A stretch of 24,206 bases of DNA from NCBI GenBank assembly GCA_937925775.1, contig CALAMM010000141.1, forward strand, positions 1 through 24,206, read 5' to 3'. Shown here in pieces: positions 17,770-24,206 of this stretch (the first letter of the stretch is position 1; the number at the start of each line of letters is the position of its first letter). The position numbers were made by a program, and so were the translations under genes. The notes below the pieces were generated by a model. The model did not search any database, had not been told where the DNA came from, and was given only the letters and a program-made list of their open reading frames with translations. The stretch comes from an uncultured Fimbriimonadales bacterium. GTDB lineage: Bacteria > Armatimonadota > Fimbriimonadia > Fimbriimonadales > GBS-DC.

Positions 17770-17934
17770 AGTTCCGCAGCCCTGCCGCCCCAAAAGGGTC
17801 GAAATTGACCCCCGAGAGGAAGCTTGCTTCCTGTCAAGGCGAGTTCGATCCTTCTCATTGAACGAGCGACCAGACCGAAATATGGAGAAAGGTCCGATTT
17901 TCAACCATCTTTGGGACAGCGGGCGCGTCTTATC

Positions 17935-17943
17935 GGGTACACT
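17935..17943 (+). promoter_or_regulatory. Candidate -10 box of the secreted protein-sbcC unit
   Basis: GGG-TACACT, followed by SD GGAGG at 17968-17972 and ATG at 17979. Confidence 0.5.
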
Positions 17944-17978
17944 TACTCACTGATTGTAGACGAGGCTGGAGGCAATCG

Positions 17979-18557
17979 ATGAAAAAACTCATCGCACTTA
18001 TCACGGCGTTTGCAGTGCTGGTCGTAGGCATTGCGCAACAGCACGACCATACCCATCAGCACAATGGGCAGCAGCAACCGAAGCCAGCTCAGGCGCAGCA
18101 ACCGCAGAAACCACCTAAGCCAGGAACACTCACGGCGCAAGGCAAACCGCTGAACTTTTTCTCGCGCGGCGAGGGCACACTTGTAGTGCGCGGGCGGGGG
18201 TATCTTGTGATAAATACGGTACAGGGTAATGTCCAGATTGAAGGCTTTCGGGAAGTGAAAGAGCTGCCCCGCAATGCCCGCATCAAGCCCCCGCTCGATC
18301 AGCGACTAAAGGTCTACATGGGGCAGGGCGTGCTGCGTATTCAGGGCAAGTACGACTCGGTGCGCGCTGTATTGCGTGAGGGGCAGATCGATTTTAGAGG
18401 CGTCGCCGCGTTCAACCTGTCGGGGGCAGGCGCGGCGTTCTTGGACGGCGTACGACGCGACCTGACGCCTATCGGCACCTTCACCCTGCTCGTGCCCGAG
18501 CCGCGCTGGGAGCAGGAAGAGGTCGACGCGAAAACGCCCAACACAGACGACCGTTAA
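17979..18557 (+). CDS. Hypothetical secreted protein with His-rich and Gln/Pro-rich N-terminus
   Basis: Sec-type signal MKKLIALITAFAVLVVGIA, then QQHDHTHQH, a Q/P/K linker, and a beta-strand-rich, Gly-rich domain. Good SD. No family recognised. Confidence 0.8.
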   Translation: MKKLIALITAFAVLVVGIAQQHDHTHQHNGQQQPKPAQAQQPQKPPKPGTLTAQGKPLNFFSRGEGTLVVRGRGYLVINTVQGNVQIEGFREVKELPRNARIKPPLDQRLKVYMGQGVLRIQGKYDSVRAVLREGQIDFRGVAAFNLSGAGAAFLDGVRRDLTPIGTFTLLVPEPRWEQEEVDAKTPNTDDR

Positions 18558-18560
18558 CCG

Positions 18561-21362
18561 ATGCGCCTGATTGCGCTGGAACTGGAGAACTTTCGGCAGT
18601 ATGCGCATGCGCAAGTCGCCTTCGAACAGGGCGTGACGGCGATTGTCGGCGCGAACGGCGCCGGCAAAACCACGCTCGTGGAGGCGATCCTGTGGGCGTT
18701 GTACGGCGCGAGCGCGGTGCGTGAGACCGCCAGCACCCTACGCTTCCTCTGGTCGCAGGGCGGAGCGAAAGTGCGCGTCACGCTGGAGTTCGAACTCGGC
18801 AACCGTCGCTATCGGCTACGGCGCGGTCTCAATGAAGCTGAACTCGCGCAGCTGAACACCGACGGCGCATGGCTCCCCCTCGCCCGCGGAACCAGCAGCG
18901 TGAACGAGCGCGTGCTGCAACTGCTGGGCATGAACCTCCTGCAGTTCCAGACCAGCTTCTGCGCCCGCCAGAAAGAGCTGGAGTTTATGCGCTACAGCAA
19001 GGAGAAGCGACGCGAGGAAATCAGTCGCATGCTCGGCTACGAGCGCATCACCGAGGCGTACGACAAAGCGACCGTCGCGGCGCGCGCCTTGGACGCGGAA
19101 GTGAACGGACTCAAACAGGCGATTGGCGACCCGCAGAGCCTCGAACAACAACTGCAGAGCGTGGAAACCACACTGCAGCAGACTGAGATCGCCCTGCGCA
19201 CAGAAGAATCCGAACTGGAAACCGCAACTGCAGAGCGCGACGCCGCCAGGCAACAGTTCGACGCCCAGAACGCCTTGCGTGAACAACACATGCGCCTGAG
19301 CCAGCAGCGCGCCCTGCTGGATAATGACCGTCAGCACGCCCAGAAACGGCTCGACGAGCTGCGCACGCGCTGGGAACAGCTCAAACACGCCTGCGACCGC
19401 TACAAAGCAATCGAAGCCGACGCCCGACGCTATCGCGACATCGCACGAGAGCTGGAGCAAATGGATCAGCTGGCTCAGGCGGCGCAACAACGCGCCCAGC
19501 TACAAGCGCAACAGGAGACCCTCTTGCAACAACAGGCGCGGTTGCAATCCGAACAGACCGACCTGACGCAGAAGCAATCGGCGCTGGACGCCCTGCAGCC
19601 GCGCCTGCAACAAGCAGAGCAGCTCCAGCGGCAACTGCAACGCCTGCGCCAGATTGCTCGGCAAGCTGCCGAACGCGCCCGAATCGAAGCGCAAATCGAG
19701 AGCATGCAGCAGCAGCGGGACGCCCTGCGCCAGAAGGAGACGGCGCGCGTCGCGCTCCAGCAGGCGGTTCAGGAAGCGGAAACCGCCCTCCAGCAACGAC
19801 AGCAAGCCCTCAGTGCAGCGGATGCGCAACTGGAATCGCTGCTGCACGACTGGCGCCAGCAACGCGCCGACGCCGACGCCCACGCACGCAGTCTGCACGC
19901 GACGCTCCACCAACAACGCGAGCGCATCGCGCAGCTCGAATCGCTCGGAACGGAAAGCAAATGCCCCACCTGTGGGCAGCCCATCGGCGAGGCGTATCAC
20001 GCCGTGCTGCAGCAGGCAAAAGCCGAGGCGCAGGCGACTGAACAGCAACTGCGCGCCGCCCGCCAGAAATTCAGGCAGCTCGAACAAGAGCCTGCTCAAG
20101 CGCAAACAATGCGCGCGCGCCTCACACAGCTCCAACAGGAGCGCGACACCGCCCAGCACCAATACGCCCAGCTGCAGGCACAACTGCGCCAGCTGGAAAC
20201 CGAACTGAAGCCGATCGACACGCTCGAAAAGCAGATTCGCGACCTGCAGCGCCAACTCGCCCGCATTCCCGTATACGACCCCCAGGAAGAGGCGCGCTTG
20301 CAGACGGAACTTGACGCGCTGACGCCCACGCTGCAGCAGGCGCAGCAACTGCAGGGCGAACTGCGTCGCCGAAATGCCGTCGAACGCGAACTCCAGCACA
20401 CCGAGCGACGACTTGCGGAACTGCAACAACAGTTAGACTCACTGCCCACAGGCTATGACCTCGAACGCCACGAGGCGTTGCGACGGGAATCGGAACGACT
20501 ACGCCCCCTTTATGAGGAAGCACTCGAGCTCAAGCCTGTCATCCGACAACGCGACGAACTCCGCCAGCAAATCAACGACGCCAAAGCCGAGCTGAGCCAG
20601 AAGACCGCTCTGCTGGAGCAGATCGAGACAGAGATTAGGCAACTGGGCTACGCTGAAGATGCCTACCTGCAGACGGCGCACGCCTATCAGGAAGCCGAGC
20701 AGCGCGTGAACGCGCTGGAACGCTCCGTCGCCGCCCGCCGCGCCGAACTGAACAGCCAGACCGAGTTGCGCGACCACCTGAAGGCGCGACTGGAGCAGAT
20801 CGCCCAACTCCAGCAGCAGCTCCGCGAAAAAGAGCGCGACCTGATGATGCATCAGACGCTACGCAAAGCGCTGCAGGAGTTCCGCACGGAACTCAACGCC
20901 CGCCTGCGCCCCACACTCGCCAGCATCGCGACCGAGTTCCTCAGCGCGCTCACCAACGGACGCTACACTGAGCTGGACATCGACGAGGAGTACCGCTTCA
21001 CCGTAATTGACGAAGGACATCGCAAAGCCGTGATTTCGGGCGGTGAGGAAGACATCGTGAACCTGAGCCTGCGCCTTGCACTCGCACGCCTGATTACCGA
21101 ACGCGCGGGACAGCCCCTCTCACTCCTGATTTTAGACGAAGTGTTCGCCTCCCTCGACGCCGAGCGACGCCAGAATGTGATGGAACTGCTAAACAACCTG
21201 CGCAACTGGTTCGACCAGATTCTGGTGATCTCGCACTTTGAGGAGATTAACGAGGCAGCGGATCGGTGCGTGCGTGTGCGGCGCAACCCGCTGACCCGCG
21301 CGAGCGAGCTTGTGGAGCCAGAGCTGCCCACCCTGCCGCTGCTGGAGACTTTGGAGCCCTAA
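18561..21362 (+). CDS. sbcC: SbcC/Rad50-like SMC-family ATPase
   Basis: Walker A GANGAGKTT, Q-loop region CARQKE, long coiled coils, zinc hook CPTC (19962-19973), signature ISGGE, Walker B LLILDE, D-loop SLD, and H-loop VISH. Confidence 0.9.
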   Translation: MRLIALELENFRQYAHAQVAFEQGVTAIVGANGAGKTTLVEAILWALYGASAVRETASTLRFLWSQGGAKVRVTLEFELGNRRYRLRRGLNEAELAQLNTDGAWLPLARGTSSVNERVLQLLGMNLLQFQTSFCARQKELEFMRYSKEKRREEISRMLGYERITEAYDKATVAARALDAEVNGLKQAIGDPQSLEQQLQSVETTLQQTEIALRTEESELETATAERDAARQQFDAQNALREQHMRLSQQRALLDNDRQHAQKRLDELRTRWEQLKHACDRYKAIEADARRYRDIARELEQMDQLAQAAQQRAQLQAQQETLLQQQARLQSEQTDLTQKQSALDALQPRLQQAEQLQRQLQRLRQIARQAAERARIEAQIESMQQQRDALRQKETARVALQQAVQEAETALQQRQQALSAADAQLESLLHDWRQQRADADAHARSLHATLHQQRERIAQLESLGTESKCPTCGQPIGEAYHAVLQQAKAEAQATEQQLRAARQKFRQLEQEPAQAQTMRARLTQLQQERDTAQHQYAQLQAQLRQLETELKPIDTLEKQIRDLQRQLARIPVYDPQEEARLQTELDALTPTLQQAQQLQGELRRRNAVERELQHTERRLAELQQQLDSLPTGYDLERHEALRRESERLRPLYEEALELKPVIRQRDELRQQINDAKAELSQKTALLEQIETEIRQLGYAEDAYLQTAHAYQEAEQRVNALERSVAARRAELNSQTELRDHLKARLEQIAQLQQQLREKERDLMMHQTLRKALQEFRTELNARLRPTLASIATEFLSALTNGRYTELDIDEEYRFTVIDEGHRKAVISGGEEDIVNLSLRLALARLITERAGQPLSLLILDEVFASLDAERRQNVMELLNNLRNWFDQILVISHFEEINEAADRCVRVRRNPLTRASELVEPELPTLPLLETLEP

Positions 21363-21453
21363 TGCGTCGTGGTCTAACCCGAGTTGCTCCTGTATAGGGA
21401 TTCTTCGCCTTCAGTTCGGAATGGCGAGTTCGCTGCTATGTCGCCCCGAATCC

Positions 21454-22488
21454 CTACCGCCTGCCCCGACGCAGGCGATAGACATACGCCAGCACTTCCG
21501 CCACTGCCTGATACAGCGTGCTGGGGATTTCCTCGCCAACCTCCGCCTGCGCGTAGAGGCTTCGGGCAAGTGGCGGGTTCGGCACAATCGGCACATGCCA
21601 TTTCAACGCCTCTTCGCGGATTCGTTGCGCGAGCCAGCCCCTGCCTTTGGCGACCACGCGCGGCGCGCTCATCGACGCGCGGTCATACCGCAACGCCACG
21701 GCATAGGTCACAGGGTTCGTCACCACCACATCAGCGCGGCGCACATCGCGTATCGATCGCTGCCGCGCCGCCTCTTGCATCTTCTGGCGAATCCGCGCCC
21801 GCAGGTGGGGGTCGCCCTCCATCTGTTTGTATTCCTCTTTGAGTTCGTAGCGCGACATTCGGATGGTTTTCTCAAAGTCCCACCGCTGATACAGATAGTC
21901 CAGAATCGCCAGCACGAGCCACAGCACCCCGACGCGCAGTCCCACCTGATAGAGCGCGTCCGCCATCGGGGCGAGTGCGTGCGGGGTCGGCAACTGCGAC
22001 GCCGCGACGAGCCGCTCGGTCTCGACCTGCAGCGTGCGCCACGCCACCCACGCAATCAGCCCGAACTTCAGCACAGCTTTGAGCAGCTCCACCACCGAAC
22101 GCTGCGAGAAGAGCCGTTGAAACCCACGCAGGGGGTTAATCCGATTGAGGTCAGGCTGCAGGGGCTGCGCGGAGAGGTGCAGCCCCACCTGCATCGCGTT
22201 GGCAATCAGAGCGGTCAAGAACGCCGCCGTGAGTAGGGGCGCAAGGAACGCAAGCGCGCTCCACATCAGCGCGTCTGAGAGGCGCAGCGTCCCCGCCTGC
22301 AGGAGCTGGTGTTGAAACGCTGTCAAAAACCGCTCACCGCCCCAGCGCATGGCAAGCGGCAGCATAAGCACCAGCGCGAGAAAGATGACCGCCCCATTGA
22401 TTTCGGTGGAACGCGCGACCTGCCCTTTCCGACGCGCCTCCTGCCGCTTGCGCGGCGTCGCCTGCTCTGTGCGCTCCTCATCTGCCAT
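21454..22488 (-). CDS. flhB: Flagellar export/substrate-specificity switch protein FlhB
   Basis: ERTEQATPRKRQEARRKGQVARS.E, four hydrophobic segments, INPL.GFQR.FS, MS..ELKEEYKQMEGDP..R.RIR, ADVVVTNP..YAVALRY, P.VVAKG, and IP..LYQAVAEVLAYVY. Confidence 0.95.
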   Translation of the reverse strand: MADEERTEQATPRKRQEARRKGQVARSTEINGAVIFLALVLMLPLAMRWGGERFLTAFQHQLLQAGTLRLSDALMWSALAFLAPLLTAAFLTALIANAMQVGLHLSAQPLQPDLNRINPLRGFQRLFSQRSVVELLKAVLKFGLIAWVAWRTLQVETERLVAASQLPTPHALAPMADALYQVGLRVGVLWLVLAILDYLYQRWDFEKTIRMSRYELKEEYKQMEGDPHLRARIRQKMQEAARQRSIRDVRRADVVVTNPVTYAVALRYDRASMSAPRVVAKGRGWLAQRIREEALKWHVPIVPNPPLARSLYAQAEVGEEIPSTLYQAVAEVLAYVYRLRRGRR

Positions 22489-22497
22489 ATGTGGAAA

Positions 22498-22524
22498 TTA
22501 TCGGCGTTTTACTGGGACGATTGC
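22498..22524 (-). promoter_or_regulatory. Sigma-28 (FliA/SigD)-like promoter of flhB
   Basis: Perfect GCCGATAA at 22505-22498, 9 nt before the ATG. A 15-nt spacer upstream leads to GCAA (22524-22521), a weak match to TAAA. Confidence 0.55.
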
Positions 22525-22603
22525 ACGACGGCGCGCTATCTCTTTTGACTGTCGCAAGCACCCGTAGCAGGATTCTCACCGCGTTGAGCGTAATTGGCAC
22601 AGT

Positions 22604-23872
22604 ATGAACCACACCATCACACGGCGAGAGTTTCTGAAGGTGAGCGTGGCGCTGAGCGCGCTGCCGATTGCGCAGTTCGCGCACGCGCAGGGTTCGGATC
22701 GAATTAAGGTCGGTTTAGTTGGTTGTGGCGGGCGCGGCACGGGCGCCGCGATTGATTGCCTCAACGCCGATAAGGGAACCATCATCTGGGCACTGGGCGA
22801 TGTGTTTGAAGATCGGCTAAACGCCAGCTACGAAGGTCTCAAGGAACAGTTCCCAGAGCGCGTGGAAGTTTCCCCCGAGCGGCGCTTTCTCGGCTTCGAC
22901 TCCTACAAAAAGGTGCTGGAGAGCGGGATTGACCTGGTGCTGCTCTGCACGCCGCCCGCGTTCCGCCCCGTGCATTTTCTGGCGGCGATGGAGGCGGGCA
23001 AGCATGTGTTTATGGAGAAGCCCGTCGCCGTGTGTCCTGAAGGCGTGCGGATGGTGCTGCGCGGGGACGAGATTGCCCGGCGGAAACGGCTCGGCGTGAT
23101 GCCCGGCACGCAGTATCGGTGGCATCCGGGCTATCAAGGCGTCATCGAGCGCCTTCGCGCGGGGCATATCGGCGAGCTGCGCGCCGCCTACGCCTTCTAC
23201 AACGATGCCAGCCCCGCCCCCAGACCGCGTGAGCAGGGCTGGAGTGAAATGGTATATCAGCTCCGCAACTGGCTGTTCTACAACTGGCTCGCAGGCGACC
23301 AGCCCGTGGAGCAGTTCGTCCACAACATCGATGTGATGAACTGGGTGATGGACAGCGTTCCCACACGGGCGATGGCGATGGGCGGTAGGCAGGTGCGCAC
23401 CGCGCCTGAATACGGCGATGTGTACGACCATTTCGCGATTGAATATGAGTATCCCAACGGCGTGCGCGTGCTGGCGATGTGCCGCCAGATGGACAACACC
23501 GCCTATCGCGTATCGAACCTCGTCGTCGGCTCCGCTGGAACCGCCCTGATGGAACAGTTCACCAACTTCTATGTGCGCGGTAAAGAGACATGGGAGCCGG
23601 GCAAACAGTGGCTTAACCCCTATGTGGAGGAGCATCGCGTGCTGATTGAGAGCATCCGCAAAGGCAGCCCCATCAACGAGACGCGCACCATCGCCGAAAG
23701 CACGCTCACGGCGATTATGGGGCGCATGTCAGCGTACACGGGCAAGATTGTGACCTGGGAGGCGGCGATGAACTCGAAACTGAACCTCGTGGAGCGCGTG
23801 ATGAATCTCCACTACGACTCGCCCACGCCGCAGGATCCAGTGCCCATGCCCGGGATAACACCGTTAGTCTAG
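22604..23872 (+). CDS. Tat-exported Gfo/Idh/MocA family oxidoreductase
   Basis: Twin-arginine signal TRREFLK...AHA, Rossmann motif VGLVGCGGRG, LCTPPAFRP, GKHVFMEKP, and VHNIDV.NW. Confidence 0.92.
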   Translation: MNHTITRREFLKVSVALSALPIAQFAHAQGSDRIKVGLVGCGGRGTGAAIDCLNADKGTIIWALGDVFEDRLNASYEGLKEQFPERVEVSPERRFLGFDSYKKVLESGIDLVLLCTPPAFRPVHFLAAMEAGKHVFMEKPVAVCPEGVRMVLRGDEIARRKRLGVMPGTQYRWHPGYQGVIERLRAGHIGELRAAYAFYNDASPAPRPREQGWSEMVYQLRNWLFYNWLAGDQPVEQFVHNIDVMNWVMDSVPTRAMAMGGRQVRTAPEYGDVYDHFAIEYEYPNGVRVLAMCRQMDNTAYRVSNLVVGSAGTALMEQFTNFYVRGKETWEPGKQWLNPYVEEHRVLIESIRKGSPINETRTIAESTLTAIMGRMSAYTGKIVTWEAAMNSKLNLVERVMNLHYDSPTPQDPVPMPGITPLV

Positions 23873-23894
23873 GGACTCATCGGGTTCCTCGCTC

Positions 23895-24206
23895 TTGCGC
23901 GACGGCGTTCCTGCCGCGCTTGTTGAACTCAGGCGTTGTACCCTTGTCAGAGCCCCTCTCCCACGCTGCGGAAGAGGAGAGCGGGTGAGGGTGAAAGGAG
24001 GCGTTTGGTACGATGGCGTCCCCGCCGTCGCGCACCAGCTAATCCACCTGCAAACGCCCCGACGGCGAGGATGCCCATGCCACAGACGACGGCGGGGGCG
24101 CCGTCGTAAATGCTTCCCGTGAGAAATCATACGCTTGGTGCGACGGCATTCCTGCCGTCGTGCAGTGCGCTGGGACATCGGTTCGAGCGCGACGGCAGGA
24201 ATGCCG
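23895..24206. repeat. Cluster of REP-like palindromes (CGACGGC-N-GCCGTCG family plus one CCCCTCTCCC element), running off the window edge
   Basis: Copies at about 23898-23919, 24009-24030, 24060-24082, 24087-24108, 24139-24160 and 24190-24206. 24144-24160 is the exact reverse complement of 24190-24206. 24009-24030 and 24087-24108 form another inverted pair. Confidence 0.85.

Noticed and set aside
17754-17858. N-terminal extensions of DUF374 (and likewise mutS2 2603-2635, rnc 9877-9903, deacetylase 9841-9984, gcvH 2605-2655)
   Set aside because: They run through -10 boxes or neighbouring genes, and downstream starts have better SD or leaderless context.
19500-20429. 309-aa Leu-rich minus-strand ORF (and other ORFs inside sbcC)
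   Set aside because: It is antisense to the Gln-rich coiled coil. CAG codons read as CTG (Leu) on the other strand, which explains both openness and composition.
21395-21456. 9-bp inverted repeat TAGGGATTC/GAATCCCTA between sbcC and flhB stops
   Set aside because: The long, loosely paired interior and absence of a U-tract make it only a possible terminator, not supportable.
22545-22573. TTGACT-N17-CAGGAT promoter for the oxidoreductase
   Set aside because: Spacing is correct but the -10 lacks the first T and does not fit the motif seen at the other promoters. Too weak to call.
22817-23635. 272-aa minus-strand ORF
   Set aside because: It is an antisense shadow of the Gfo/Idh/MocA gene with no independent motif or RBS.
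23895-24206. Possible CRISPR array
   Set aside because: Repeats alternate in orientation, vary in sequence and have irregular spacing, and no cas genes are present. This fits REP/BIME.

Overview
GC-rich chromosomal, mostly housekeeping region of a bacterium that appears flagellated and LPS-containing (flhB, waaA). The C-terminal 'DDADLLxVLFNFG..GC' dockerin-like tail suggests Armatimonadota; this is an inference. I support 22 CDS: a partial dockerin-tailed protein, mutS2, gcvH-gcvPA, TPP riboswitch-thiC, rnc-mtnP-GHL10 hydrolase-serine hydrolase, deacetylase-M29 aminopeptidase-CDGSH, GAF/PAS histidine kinase-dut, SPFH-UPF0175, DUF374-waaA, a secreted protein-sbcC, flhB, and a Tat-exported Gfo/Idh/MocA oxidoreductase. 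I found no rRNA, tRNA, CRISPR array, transposase or phage gene, and no large multi-gene novel system. The most notable signals are small-scale. (1) A decayed UPF0175/PIN toxin-antitoxin module in which one base change removed both the antitoxin stop and the toxin start, bracketed by a 48-bp direct repeat of the SPFH gene 3' end. (2) A stand-alone flhB with NPTH changed to NPVT and a sigma-28-type -10 box. (3) A serine hydrolase with SxxK changed to SxxT next to a GHL10 hydrolase. (4) A recurring GG-TA(C/T)A(A/C)T promoter motif with three probable leaderless GTG-start genes. (5) Several REP/REPIN-like palindrome families. No database searches were run; family calls come from motifs read in the translations.
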